64,000 nt of DNA from Chiloscyllium plagiosum. Its lineage: Eukaryota. Made by a program: the position numbers and the translations under genes. The stretch is from contig NC_057725.1 in the NCBI RefSeq assembly GCF_004010195.1, forward strand, positions 31,159,104-31,223,103, read 5' to 3'. Under the pieces are notes generated by a model that worked only from the letters and a program-made list of their open reading frames with translations, ran no database searches and was not told the DNA's origin. Positions 25,541 through 39,009 of the stretch are shown here, piece by piece (position 1 is the first letter of the stretch; every line of letters starts with the position of its first letter).

Positions 25541-27554
25541 TCATCCCTGCCTTTGAGTCAGGAGCTCCAGGTTGAGTCAAACTTCTCAGCCAAGAAAGTT
25601 GCTTTTAATAATGAAGACAAATAGGTTAATTATCAACTGCAAGTCCTTCCGGTGCTTATATGTAGCAGGTGATGAGAGTGGGAGGGATTCGTTGCCAGCA
25701 TGTGGTGGATAGTAAATTGGAGCCATTACCATCACTATCGAAACCTCCAGACTACAACATGCATATTCAAGTGTGTATTGCAACAGCAACTCTGCTCTCC
25801 TGAGCAATTTGAAATACATCTCTTTTTAATAAACCTTTGGTCATTTGATCTAATATTTGCTTCTTTATTTCAGTCAGGTTTTGTTTGGGAAATGGTTTGT
25901 GAAGCACCTTGGGATGTTTGACTACACGAATGGAGCTGTATAAATAAGCGTTGCTGTAGTTATTTACTGAAAAAGGGAAGAGTTAAGTGTTTAAAATTAT
26001 AAAAGGTTTTGATAAGGAAATGGTATCTGCTTCTTTGGTTAGGAGTCAGTAAAGTGGGATTACCAATGTAAATTTATTGAAAGATTAAGGAAAATTTCTT
26101 TCCACGGGGAATTGTTGGAACGGGAAGACTGAATCACCACTAGCCTCCTGCCTTTATATAGCACAGTGCTGAGAAATATGTTACCCACTAGCTACATATT
26201 GGTAACTGTATATCTAATTAACCAATGAAAAATAAATAATAAAAACAAAATAGATGCTGAAGATCTGAACTTTAAAAGGCGCTGGAGAAACTAGAGTACT
26301 GGCATCATTTTTGGCGAGAAATTGCAGAGTTGTGAAGAAGAGTAATTGAACTTGAAACGTTAACTGTTAATCAAAAATGAGTAATTGCCTTACTGGGAAC
26401 ATGATCTTGTGTGCTTTAACAGCTCTGTGCATTTGTGGATACTGTGCAGAGCTGATTATGCAATTGTTTATTGATTGTTGAGAGCTCAATTATTGAATGG
26501 TATATATCTATGTAACATGCTCCTGTGAAGTATATTTATCTGGTTTGAGTGCATGTGGCACATCCTTTCCCAAAATTGTTGCATGTGACTAAAATACTGT
26601 TGCCATAGTCACATCTTGGCTAGTCAGGAATTTCCATTGTGCATCACTATTATAACAAAATGTCCAAAACCCTTTTCATAGCTGTAACAGATTACTGAGT
26701 TAGGATTTAAAAAATAGGTTATGAGTGGGCTTTTATTGAAAGAGAGTGATAAAGAGGTCTTAAGAGGAAATTCATGTTATCTGTAATTATAGCAATGAAA
26801 TCTGTTCCTACATGCAACAATCTGTGATGCAAGACTGGCTTTTAACAATCTCGCATTACATGCACGTGTCTATTTGTATTAGTTATAGTGATTGCTATTT
26901 TGTCTTCTGCAGTTGGTGATTTGTTTGCTTAGTTGAGTTAGTCCAGCAGCTCTGTGATTATGATTCTTTGCTGGGATATTCCAAGGATGCAGTTGGACAA
27001 AATATTGGTGTAGCATCTTTCTTATTTCAAATTGTAAAAAAAACAAAACTCCATTCCTGTTTTTTGGACAAATAAACTATAGCACAAGTAGATATAATTC
27101 GTTTTCTCACTTGTCTGTGTGCAGACTCCAGATAGTCTATACAGAAATTACTGGCAGTCACAGAATTGCAAATGGAAATATGAATGACATCTGTTTCTAT
27201 TTTAAAAACAATGTCTGAAAGCAAGTAATATTGGTTTTGTTCTGTGGATTAGTAATGATATTGACAGTATAATAGAGGCTAGTTCTACATTTCTACAACA
27301 GAAATATTCCCTTATTAACATAACCATGCCAGGTCAACAGAAAACAAAAATACTTGCACATAATGCAAGATATGGAGATGTCCTGGAAGCTGGTTTCCTG
27401 TCTTGAGTGATACAGATTCTGAACTAGACTAATCAAAGTTAAAACGTTTGAAAATGCTTTTGCTTAAGGGAACAGTGTGGTGTTTTCTATTAAGTTACTG
27501 TGTACCATATTTCAGGGCAGTGAGTTTCCACATTTGAAAACTTCAAAAGCTCTG

Positions 27555-28387
27555 CCTTGATCAGATGGGCCAATTGGCTGAGGAGTGGCAAATGGAGTTT
27601 AGTTTAGATAAATATGAGGTGTAGCTTTTTGGTAAGGCAGACCAGGGCAAGACTTATACACATAATGATAGGACCCTGGCGAGTGGTGCTGAACAAAGAG
27701 ACGTAGGGATGCAGATGCATAGCTCCTTGAAAGTTAACGTTTCAAGTTCAAAGACAAGGTGGTAAGTAAAGTGTTTGAGATGCTTGCGTTCATTGGTCAG
27801 AACATTGAGTATAGGAGTTGGGATGTTATGTTGCGGCTGTACAGGATATTGGTGAGGCCACTTTTGGAATACTCCATATAATTCTGGTTGTTCCAAAGGA
27901 AAGATGTTAAACTTGAGAGGGTGCAGAAAAGATTTACAAGTTGTTGGGACTGGAGGGTTTGAGCTATAGAAGGTGCCTGATTAGGTTGGGGCGTTTTTCC
28001 CTGGAGTATCATAGACTGCGGAGTAGACTTATAGAGGTTTATAAAATTGAGGGGCTTGGTTAGGGTCAATAGCTAAGGTCTTTTTTCCTAGGGTAGGAGA
28101 GTCCAAAACTAGAGGACATAGGTTTACGGTGAGAGGGGAAAGATTTTTAAAAAAATTTGAAATGTAACAGTTTCATGTAGAGGGTGCTCTGTGTATGGAA
28201 TGAGCTGCCAGAGGATGTGGTGGAGGCTGGTACAATTACAATATTTAAAAGACATCTGGATGGGTATATGAATAGAGTTTAGATGAATATGGGCCATATG
28301 CTGGCAAATGGGACGAGGTCAAATTGGATATGTGGTCACACGGATGAGTTGAACCATAGGATCTGTTTCTGTCCTGTATGACTCTAC
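27555..28387 (+). mobile_element. CR1/HER1 ORF2 3' fragment
   Basis: Collinear with 24780-25540, ending in the tatgactcta tail. Confidence 0.9.
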
Positions 28388-28924
28388 AACAGACCAAGAC
28401 TTGGTTATCAGTACCTTCTAAATCTATGACCCTGCTACAAAGAACGAAGGGCATGGGCGCATCACCACTTGATACGTATTGCTGTTCCTTCATTATCATG
28501 CAATTAAATTCTTGGACCCCCTCCCCAACACCACTGTCAGAATATCGACATTACATTGGTCAAGTAGGTGGATCACCATCAAAGTACAAATGGGAATGGG
28601 AAACAAAGGTGGGCTTTAGCAGGAACACTGGGATTCCACGAATGAATTTTAAAAAAACTTCTGAAACTGAAAATTAGTTCAAGTTAATCAATGTGGAGTC
28701 TCAATCCTACAAGTTTTTAATTATTTGGAGACATTTTGTAAGTAGATTATAAATGGGCTAGAATTTGCTGCATCTCCACTTCTTTGTCCTTTTTTTGCTG
28801 TCACATATCGTCTCCCCCTTTCTCATTTCTTTTTACTCTTTTTTTTTTTCTCCATCTCTTGAACCAGTCATTATTTTCCTCTCTTTTATCATATCATTCA
28901 TAGAAAAATAAATAAATCTTTATT

Positions 28925-29260
28925 CTTTTTGTGGGATGTGGGTATCAGAGACAAGGGCAACATTTATTGCACATCACAAATTGCTTTTGAACTAAGTGGT
29001 TTGCTAGGATATGTTAGCATCAATTGGGAGTTAACACATTGCATTTGGTCTGGAATCCCATATTGGCCAGACCAGGTAGGTATGGGCGATTTCTTCTGTA
29101 AAGGATATTCGTGACCAAGATGAGTTTTTATGACCACTGATGATAGAGATGGTAGCTATGAAATAAATTATTTCAGATTTTTTGGTGTTAATTGAATTCA
29201 AATTCCACCATCTTCCAATAATATGAAGTGAACCCCTATTCAGAGCATTAGCTGGGCGTC
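28925..29260 (-). mobile_element. Old SINE (family also at about 3270-3490, 31210-31560, 62300-62610)
   Basis: Shared motifs gaattcaaattccacc / ggtgaaatttgaattcaa and gggatgtggg...ggcaacattt. Confidence 0.5.
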
Positions 29261-29682
29261 ATTGTGTTCACTCCTTTTTTAGTCTCTCTTTTCATTCTTT
29301 CCTGTATTTATCTACCAAGCCTTAACCTCACAGGCTAAGGAATTTGCCTGCTGGTTACCCCAATCATTCAAATCCCAGATGGCTGTTTCATTCACTAAAA
29401 TTTTCTCAGGTCACACATGGCAACTTGAGGCCAAAATATTTTTTGAGTTGATTAGAAATGGGCTAGAGTTTGCTGCATCTCCACTTTTGGCTTTTGTTTG
29501 CTGTAACATATTATCTCCCTTCTTTCCGATTTCTTTTAAACCGGTTGTGTCCTCTTAACAGATTGTGGCCGTTATCATTTTTTTAATGGGAGTTTGCTGG
29601 GCACAAGTAGGCTCTTGCGTTTCCTACACTGCACCACTTCCAAGTTACTTCATTTCCTCAAGAGCACATTGGAATATAGGAA

Positions 29683-29935
29683 TAAAACAAAGAACTGCAG
29701 ATGCTGGAAATCTGAAACAAAAACAGGAATTGCTGGTGAAACTCAGCAGGTCAGTCAGCATCAATGGGAAGAAAGCAGAGTTATTGTCTTGAATCCAGTG
29801 ACTCCTCGTCAGAACACACAAACAGTCAGAATGTTTCTGATGGAGTAACTACACCCAAAATGTTAGCTCTGCTTTCTTCCCATGGATATATTGCCAGACC
29901 TGCTGAATTTCGCTAGCAATTTCTTTTATTGTTGG
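29683..29935. mobile_element. Older palindromic Penelope-derived element (family C); partial copies at about 15095, 17865, 22630, 26250, 38045, 63895
   Basis: gatgctggaaatctgaaacaaaaacaggaattgctggtgaaactcagcagg with inverted cctgctgaatttcgctagcaattt; decayed ctgatgga...aaatgtta core. Confidence 0.7.
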
Positions 29936-30268
29936 AATATAGGAATGCAAGTCTGTCTTCAATGTAAAGGAATTCTCCTGCCACCTTACACCAGCTCTGA
30001 GAAAGGGTTTCCAACTTGAACATTTTGAATACTAATGAAACTGCTTTATATTTATAACTGTTTAAAAAATAATCTCATCATATATTGAACTGTACCTCGG
30101 TTTGCAGCCCTGCACAGAAGAGTCATTTTACTGAAGTAGAAACTGACGTTCTTACTAAATGAAATAAAACTAATTACTAATGAAACAACTCAACAATAAG
30201 GTCATTCAAAAATGCAATAAAAACATTGAATATGTCGTGATGCAGTTTTTTTTTCTCTCTGTTTACAG

Positions 30269-30375
30269 GAGTTGATTTAATTTGTAAAGTTTGACAAATC
30301 TTTATCAACAAAGAGACAAACTTTGAGAGTTTCAGACCTATGGTTACCATTTAACGTCCTATATTGCTACCAAAA
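30269..30375 (+). other. LRRC56: Candidate 5'UTR exon of LRRC56
   Basis: Very strong acceptor (T-run, ctctctgtttacag) and donor AAA|gtaagc. Stops in all three frames. Confidence 0.5.
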
Positions 30376-32963
30376 GTAAGCTTGTTTGTATTTTGCTTCT
30401 TGTCATCTTGTTGGTGCATTGTAAGAAAAGGGGAAGCTCGCATTTATGAAGCTCCTTATCACTTCACTACAGGTTCTGTAACTCTGAGGTTCACCAAAAA
30501 TATTTTTTTCTGGGGTGGTGAGGTACAATTGGGGTGGAGTTAAGTGGAAAAGAACCTGAACCCCTCCTGGCTTGGCTTATGTGATATGCTTAAAGAATTA
30601 TAAACCAACCTACCTAGCAGGTATCACCCACTATCCATTCAGATGAATATCTATTTTGCTGTTGCTTCTTGATCTGCCTGGAGTATAATCTGTCTCATCT
30701 TTGGCTTTCTACATCAGCCATGGTTCTGTTGCTAAAAGCTTTTTTTTTTAATATATTCAATGATGCAGATTGTAGTCAGCTTCCCACCCTACTAATTTAA
30801 CAAGTTGATTTATTTTAAAGCAGAAGGGGAGCAACAATTATAAGAACCCTTGACAACTGCTAAAGTAATTACCTTTGCCCCCTTGGTCATTGTTTCTCTG
30901 CTGCAGAGCAGCATACATTCCATATCAAACAATCCTACAACAACTTCATGCCATCTTGAATAAAAGAGAAACCCACTGCTGAATCCTCACCCTCTCTCTA
31001 TTCCCACAACATTCCTCATGCCCATGCTTGTTTTCCCTATGTTGATATTGCAATTTCAGTGCAATTTTAGATTTTCAACAGTGCGTATTGAACCAAATGT
31101 GTCTACATTTCTTTCATTTGTTACAATGGTGCATCCTTATTGCACACTATTTCACAAGCTCATTAGAAATGCTTTACCTGGGAACCAGCCAATACCACAC
31201 CAACTTGTGTAGGGGTGGGGAACAGAGGTGTAGTAGCCTTGTTAACGGACTAGTATTCGAGAAGCTCGGGCCAAATCCCACACAACCCGTTAGTATTTGA
31301 ACTCGGCTAATATCTCTGAAACATAAAGCTACACTTGGTAATGGTGGCCATCAACTCATTCTCATAAAAACTAATGTCCCTTTGGGAAGGATATCTGATG
31401 TCTTTGCTTGATTTGGCCGACATGTTTCTCCTGATCCACAGCAGAGTGTTGACTTTCAACCATCTAGCAAACCACTCCATTCAGGGGGCTTTAAGGATAG
31501 GCAATAAATATTGACCTTACCAGAAGTGTGCACATCCTCTGTAAATGAATTTTTAAAAAAAATTAACAGGACTTGCCCTATAAAACCTTTTCTGTGTTCA
31601 AATCTTTATTAAGAAAGCTATGGATTTTATCTGCTCAAAAAGGCTGGGTGATACTGTTTCTAGTTTGTCTCAAATATATCAATTTCAAGAAAATTCCTGT
31701 CCCAGATTTCTACCTGTGTGACATGCCTTTAAGGACCTGTAAATAGCTGGGCTTCCATCTGCCAAGGGCTTATCCCAATACTTCATAACTACATTTCATT
31801 CAGTCTAATCAATGAGTCCTGTTTGCAGGTTCAAGAACTATGATTAAAGCCCTAGCAGAGTATATTTGTGATGTGGTTGCACTGGTGCAGAAGGAAATCC
31901 CACCCAATATCTTCAATTACATGGTAGTGGTTGATATTTGTGCCTTGTTGGGCTAAGTTCAGTAAATTTGTTCCGACTATGGGGCATGGTAGAATGTTGT
32001 GCAATATTTGATGGTAAACTTGCGTTGTATCTTCATTCCAATATTTTGAAGGTATAATAACTGGTTAAAAAGTATCAACCACTTAGAAAAGATCTAACAA
32101 ATCTTTGCAGATGTAAATGTCTGGACCTAATCAAGCTTGAAACAAGTTGCACTGTTTGAAATAAGGAAGGAAAGCGTTTGCATTTTATGTAGTACCTTTC
32201 AGATTCCCAGAATATCTTGACAGATGGTGAATTACTGTTAAGTTGTCAAATGTGACCATAGATTTTCTTTAGTATATCCCACTGAACATTTCACCTTTAC
32301 ATGTTCTCTCATTACTTCCGTGCAATATGTTGGTAGCATAGCATCTATGGTTAAGTGTTTCAATTATTCATTTTCCTTTCTCAGCTTTAAATGACAACAG
32401 GACTTCACATACCCAGTGACTGTTCTGCACCATTGCTGATTAGCGTTTCCAAAACACACAATGCCCATCATTCTATTTCCTCAAATTTATAGAAATGAAA
32501 AATATGTTGTGTCTCTGAGCAATGACATTTTGAAGCAAAGAGACATGCTCTTTGATTATTTTTAACCATTGACAAAATGTTAGTCACATGTCAAGCACTG
32601 AATTTATTTCTCATCTCTAATACAACTGAAGACCATTTCAGATGGGGGTGGGGGGGAGGAGGAGGTTAACCTTGATGCTCTGAGTCTGGAACCAAATATA
32701 AACCAGATTGCATAAGAATGGTAGATTTCCTTCCTTGGAGGCCATAGTGAACTGAATAGGTTTTTATGACAATTTCATGTTTACGCTGCTGTAATACGAT
32801 GACTGCAATCCCACAATCAAGTGTAGTTGACTCTTATCTGTCCTGTGAATTGGTCTATAAAATTGCTATAATGGTTCATCACCACTTTTCCAAAGGCAAT
32901 TAGGAATGAAGTACGAATACATCCATACCCTGTTAAAAAAAAAGTGTGAGGCATTCAAATATA

Positions 32964-33122
32964 CAGAGGAATCTCTATTGTCTGAAGTAAACAGGTGGGG
33001 AGTATTTCATTTGGTTAATCAAATTCCGGATAATCAAATGCCGGATAATATAGTTTAGCCGAGCATCAGGACCTTGCGATCTTGCCAGATAGTCCGATAT
33101 TCAGATAATCGAGGTTCCTCTG
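32964..33122. mobile_element. Tigger/pogo-like MITE with TA target duplication
   Basis: TA|CAGAGGAATCTCTATTGTCTGAA ... TTCAGATAATCGAGGTTCCTCTG|TA terminal inverted repeats. Confidence 0.85.
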
Positions 33123-33127
33123 TATTG

Positions 33128-33355
33128 TGTAGTGATTGTAGCGAGGTCAGCCAGGTGGACTTTCATAGAATGAGTTCCCTGATTGGTTAATCTGGTTCAG
33201 TTAAGGAACCTTGGCTGACAGATAAGAACAGGAGTGTCAGACATCCTCGTCCCTAAGAGCTGGCTCTAAGGTGGCTGGATCAGTGTCAAGGACTCTCCAT
33301 GTGCAAATGAAGGTTGACGTAGTGATGGGATACCAGTCTCTGTGGAGTTATTTCA
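33128..33355 (+). mobile_element. Solo-LTR-like element
   Basis: TGTAGT...TTTCA ends with internal ATTGG and a decayed poly(A) signal; no clear TSD. Confidence 0.5.
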
Positions 33356-33789
33356 CTATGAGCAGTGCTATAGGAAATCCTGTTAAATGTCAGATTTCTT
33401 AAAGAAGGAAAGAATACAACCCACTCAAAGCTTGAGGAATTTAGCTTATAATTTAAACTTTGGAATTCATTTACAAACATCAAAATTTGCACATGACAAT
33501 TAGAATTCAGTTGACTTGACCCAGCCTTTTGCTGACAATCTGGCTGTTGTCATTTAAGAGATTTGGCTCCATTGTAAGTGCAGAATAATCTATTATTAGA
33601 CATGCTGTAGCATTCCTGTCCTTTTAAGATTGTGGACACTATCATTGTCCTCATTCTTGAAGACAGCAACTTTCAAAACAAAAGGTAAAATCTTCCCAGT
33701 TGGTTGAACAACATGGGTAATGGCAAGAAAGTTGAGGGAATCATGTGACATCAGCAGTAAGGAAATATCTGACGTCAATATAAAAAGTC

Positions 33790-34320
33790 AATTTTCCAAC
33801 CAAGTGTTGAATAATAAGACAAAGATTCTCAATGGCGAGTGGCCCGAGGCATGCATTAAATTTGCATTATGTCGTCTCACTTAGTGGATATGCAGATTCT
33901 GCAGCATAAAAACAAGACGGCTGGAAGTCCTGACATGAAAGAGCTGCAAATTGTTAATTCTAGCTCAACACTTACTCAGCCAGCCCTCTATCTTGCTCAT
34001 CGATCATCTATATCTTAGAGAACGCTCTGTGGGCAGTGACTGCATGCAGCCCCACTCCACAAGGACTGCTAGATCCTTGTTGGCAAAGCAGGGTGCCAAT
34101 TTCCCTCTGCCTGACATGTCTGAAGCAATTGAAAGGAACCATTCAGGACAGCTCCTGACTGGCAGCACTTGTCTGGGTGCATGGTTAACCTTTAAGGATG
34201 GTGCTGGTGCCAGTAAGCCTGGGAAGTTCTTTGGGGTGACCACTGGCACCATCTGTGGCAAATGGAAGAATATGATGAGTGGGATGCCTTTAGGGGCATA
34301 GTGTGTCAGTAACCAGATAA
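33790..34320 (-). mobile_element. Possible Harbinger remnant (N-terminus of the Myb/SANT-like protein)
   Basis: Minus-strand MSGRGKLAPCFANKDLAVLVE resembles the R-x-P-x-F-S-x-x-D/E-L-x-x-L-V start of Harbinger Myb-like proteins. Confidence 0.35.
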
Positions 34321-34339
34321 CTTTGGGAAGGTAGAGAAC

Positions 34340-34591
34340 TGTTGTGGTTTTGTTCGCCGAGCTGGGAATTTGTGTTGCAGACGTTTCGTCCCCTGTCTAG
34401 GTGACATCCTCAGTGCTTGGGAGCCTTCTGTGAAGCGCTTCTGTGATGTTTCCTCCAGCATTTATAGTGATTTGTGCCTGCCGCTTCCGGTTGTCAGTTC
34501 CAGCTGTCCGCTGCAGTGGCCGGTATATTGGGTCCAGGTCGATGTGCTTATTGATTGAATCTGTGGATGAGTACCATGCCTCTAGGAATTC
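34340..34591 (-). mobile_element. Penelope-like element 3' end (C-terminus of the GIY-YIG ORF plus pLTR)
   Basis: EFLEAWYSSTDSINKHIDLDPIYRPL followed by a hammerhead motif; cut by the assembly gap. Confidence 0.8.
34377..34416 (-). ncRNA. Minimal hammerhead ribozyme motif
   Basis: GCA-CTGAGGA-T-GTC a CCT agac AGG g GAC-GAAAC-GTC-TGC on the minus strand. Confidence 0.65.
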
Positions 34592-34800
34592 NNNNNNNNN
34601 NNNNNNNNNNNNNNNNNNNNNNNNNNNNNNNNNNNNNNNNNNNNNNNNNNNNNNNNNNNNNNNNNNNNNNNNNNNNNNNNNNNNNNNNNNNNNNNNNNNN
34701 NNNNNNNNNNNNNNNNNNNNNNNNNNNNNNNNNNNNNNNNNNNNNNNNNNNNNNNNNNNNNNNNNNNNNNNNNNNNNNNNNNNNNNNNNNNNNNNNNNNN
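34592..34800. other. Assembly gap (209 N)
   Basis: Run of N between two Penelope-derived fragments. Confidence 1.
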
Positions 34801-35229
34801 CCTGTTCCCTGGATGCTGCCTGACCTGCTGCGCTTTTCCAGCAACACATTTCCAGCTCCTTATTCTTTGTGTATTCCTCCTCTGCCCAATCCCTCTGCAC
34901 CATGAAACCATTCACCAGGAGCTGTGGATCTTTGATGTGCCAGTTTGACCTCCTTGTCTACTTTCCATTACCAGAGCTTGCAACGCAGGATAAACTTATC
35001 TAACATGTTAAACTAGTCTAGTTCCATTCTTTTACAAATATTTCTCAAACTCGCTATCCCTTTTCCAGAGGGGGAAAGAGCTGGAGCACTTGGAAATGAA
35101 TGTGCTGTTGGTACTGGAACTTCACTTTGAAGTAGATAGTGATATTCCCAGTCTCCCATGACAGAGAGATGGCCGGTGCTGGTTTAACCTGAGGGTCACC
35201 ACGCATCAGGCAAGGGGAGAGGTTGTGGA

Positions 35230-35995
35230 GAGTCATAGAGCAATACAGCATGGAAACAGGCCCTTCGGCCCAATCTGGTCCATGCTGACCAGGGTGCCAA
35301 CTCGGCTAATTCCAATTACCCGCATTTGGACCATAACCCTCTAAGCCCTTTCCATCCATGTACCTATTCAAATGTTTTTAAAATGTTGCTGTTATACCTT
35401 CCTCAACCACTTTCTCTGGCAGCCCATTCCATGTACACACCACTCTCTCCATGAAGAAGTTGCCCCTCAGGTCCTTCTTAAGTCTTTCCCCTCTCACCTT
35501 AAACCTATGCCCTCTAGTTTTCAATTACTCATCCCTGGGAAAAAGTCTATATGTATTCACCTATCTATGCCTCTCATGATTTTACACACCTCAATGAGGT
35601 CACCCTCATTCTCCTATGTTCCAAGGAATAAAGTCCTATCCTGGCTGACCTCTCCCTATAACTAAGGCCTACCAGTCCTGGCAACATCCCTGTAAATCTT
35701 CTTTGGACTCTTTCCAGATTAAGTATGTCTTTCCTATAGTATGGCGACCAAAACTGCACACAATACTCCAGATGCGGCTGCACCAGAGTCTTATACAACT
35801 GCAAGATGACCTCAGTACTCCGGGACTCCATTCCTCTACCAATAAAAGCCAGTACGCATATGCCTTCTTCACCGCACTGTTTACCTGGGTGGCAACTTTC
35901 AAAGATTTGTGTACATGGACACCAAGATCCCTCTGCTCATCCACACTACCAAGTATCCGACAGTTAGCCCAGTACCCCATCTTTTTATTACTCTT
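35230..35995 (-). mobile_element. CR1 ORF2 3' fragment
   Basis: QRDLGVHVHKSLK; LYKTLVQPHLEYCVQFWSPYYRKD. Confidence 0.93.
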
Positions 35996-37298
35996 ACCAT
36001 TGTTGGCTTGTTCTGAATTTCTTGGGGTCCCAGAGGTTCATAGTACTGTTGACTCATTGATGAGCTAGAACACCAATTCTATCTGTGTGGACAACTTCAA
36101 ATATAATTAAATCCATTAGATTTAAATTGGCCCACAAGGTTATAAATGCATGGACCTCCGCCAAATAAAACGCTTGGCCCTTCCCAATGTAATCTCCTTG
36201 CACTATTTATAATGTCTACTAGTAGAAATGTATGCATTCAAACATGTATCATGAATGAAACCAGCTGCTAGAATCACTGGCCCAAAACTATAAGTTGTGT
36301 AGAATAAATTGAAAATGATTACCTCAGAGGAAAGATATAATATAGATCTTCAAAATCAATGATTTGATGAGAAGATCAGGAGAAATTATTTCCAGTGGTA
36401 GAGAGTGATGATGTTGGTAACGAGAGGACATGGACTTAAGATAATTGGCAAATAAACAAGAGGCTACTTACTTGAAGGAAAATAAATATTGTGCAGTGAG
36501 ATGTTGTGATTTGGAATGCATTACCTAAAAGGGTGGTGGAAACTAAATTTAACAGTAAGTTTTAACAGAAAACTGATATTAAAAAATTGCAAGCCTGTGG
36601 AGAAAGGGCAGGGGAGTGGGATTATCTGGGTAACTCCTTTTCTTTCAAAAAGCCCCCACAGGTATATAAGGCTGAATGACCTCCCCCTGCAATATTGCTC
36701 TATGGTTTTGTTGCAAATTAATTAAAGGGAAAATAAGAAAAAGCTCTTTACATAGAGGAAGTTCTGTGTCTCCATCGTTCAGGTGAATTACAAGTTTTTA
36801 AAAATGGAATTAGTGACTTCAATGAATAAGAAAGCTATTAAGGACATGGGAGTGAAATTCTAATCAATGGCCTACAGATGCAGCAGCCTTGTTGGAGCAC
36901 GTGCTGCTCTGTGTAGCTCTAATTCTTTGCTATTTACCACATAACAAAAACAATATCTTGGATTTGTATTGCAATTTTAAATTCCCCAAGTATTTTACAG
37001 GTGATATCAAACAAAATTTGATACAAAATAATGAGGTATGCGAGAGGTGACCAAAAGATGGATCAAAGAAATAGATTTTAAGGTGTCTCTTCAAGGAGGA
37101 CAGAAAGGTAAAGAGATTTAAGGAGGGCTTTCCAGAAGTTAGGACCATGGCTGCTGAAGGCATAGCTGCAAATAGTGGAAAAGAAATGGAAATTTTTAGA
37201 ATTGGAGATGTTGAAAGATTTCAAAGGCTTCGAAATTTGGATGAGGTTAATAGATAGGGAGGAACTTAAAATTGTTATGTTTTTAAAATTGAAACAAT

Positions 37299-37509
37299 TG
37301 GGAGAAAGTGAGGACTGCAGATGCTGGAGATCAGAGGTTAAAAATGTGTTGCTGGAAAAGCACAGCAGGTCTGGCAGCATCAAAGGAACAGGAGAATCGA
37401 CGTTTCAGGCATGAGCATGAAGAAAGGCTTATGCCCGAAACGTCGATTCTCCTGTTCCTTTGATGCTGCCTGACCTGCTGCGCTTTTCCAGCAACACATT
37501 TTTAAGCTA
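37299..37509. mobile_element. Palindromic Penelope-derived element (family A) with a 14-bp flanking direct repeat
   Basis: Inverted arms; AAAATTGAAACAAT at 37285-37298 and 37510-37523; core mutated to ATGAAGA. Confidence 0.88.
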
Positions 37510-39009
37510 AAAATTGAAACAATGCCAGCTCTCGTATCCAAGGTAGCTTTGGAGGCGAATATCATGTTCAGTTGTTTGGCAGGCTGCATGTAGGTTGATA
37601 ACTGCAAGAATGGTTATTCAGTAAGGTCAAAATATGATTTTGTATTAAGATGTCTGTGGGAGAACTGAAAACCAAAATAAAATGAACTTCAAAAACACAA
37701 ATTACCATCAACATTTCACTTTTAGTAACTTATATATTTTACATTGATTCTGAATCATATGTTTTAATAGACAAATTATACTTCAAATAGAAAATGAAAT
37801 TTAACTTTAAATAGTCAAAGCAACAAAGATCTTAGAAAGCACGAGAACTCAAATCATTCCCTAACCAAATGTGGCTCTACATAACTGCACAGTTCCAAGA
37901 ACATGGAGCGAATGTGCCTCATTGTTTTCTGCTTTCATTATACGAGACATTGTACTGTACAACTTCAACAACAAATGTGATGGGTGCATCGTCATTTACA
38001 AGAATATAAAATATAACAGACAAAAATACTATGAAGGTAAAATAGTGCATATGCTGGAAATCTGAAACAAACACAGAATGTTGGAGATACTCAGCAAATC
38101 TGGCAGAATCTGTGGAGACAGAAACCATTAACGTTTCGAGTCCGGTATGAATCATCATAATAGGCAAAGGTCATAAATTGTTATGAAATGTCAGTTTATT
38201 TCTCATTCCTTAAAAAATCACTTTGAACTTTACAGCACAGACACAGGACATTCAACTCAACTAGTCTATGCCAGTTGCTATGACTAAGATGGGAGTCATG
38301 CAGTGTTTTGTTTTGTAGTCTCACTGCTCCCTGGATCACCGCATAAGTTCAAAAATATTTTAACCAAGTCTTGATTTGGCTGATCATATTATTTCTCTGT
38401 TTTAGATTTAGAAAGAAAAGATCGACCAACCAGGTTTCTTTCATAAATATAAAACTATCAATTTATTATAAAACAAATACTAAATCTGAATGAAACAATC
38501 AAATCCTGATGACCCAGGGCTATGGAGATGATTGGTAGAGTGTTTGAACAGATTTACAAGAATGACAATTATAATTCAAAGTTGTTTAAATTGTAATTTT
38601 TATCATATGAAAATGTAACGGTTACCACTTATAAATAACTAAAAACACATATACACATTTTAAAAAGAAAAGCACTTTCTGTCCAAGTGTGAATATTTTT
38701 GAACATATAAGACAAGTTACAAAACGTTTTGGAGTGTGCCAATGTTATGGTTTGCACTTGTGGTTATGATACTAATCATACATGGATGTCTCTGGTGTCT
38801 TAGTTGACACTCGAATAAGATATTGTGTAGTTCTTTCAGAAGAGCAATCACGTTTCACAAATTCATCAAACAGTTTTTTTTAGAAACAGGAGACTCGAGT
38901 GGGCAGCTTGTTGTTAGCAGGCTTTTCTACTAACCAGCTCCAAAATGAAGAGTCCAAAACTGCAAACACTACTCAATGAGGTCAGCCATGCACTCAGTTG
39001 TAAAACAGT

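Noticed and set aside
26968-27012. MILCWDIPR resembling the human LRRC56 start MDLGWDRSR
   Set aside because: Similarity stops after a few residues, the frame closes quickly, and there is no good donor.
34397-34915. Long ORFs spanning X residues
   Set aside because: Artefacts of translating through the N gap.
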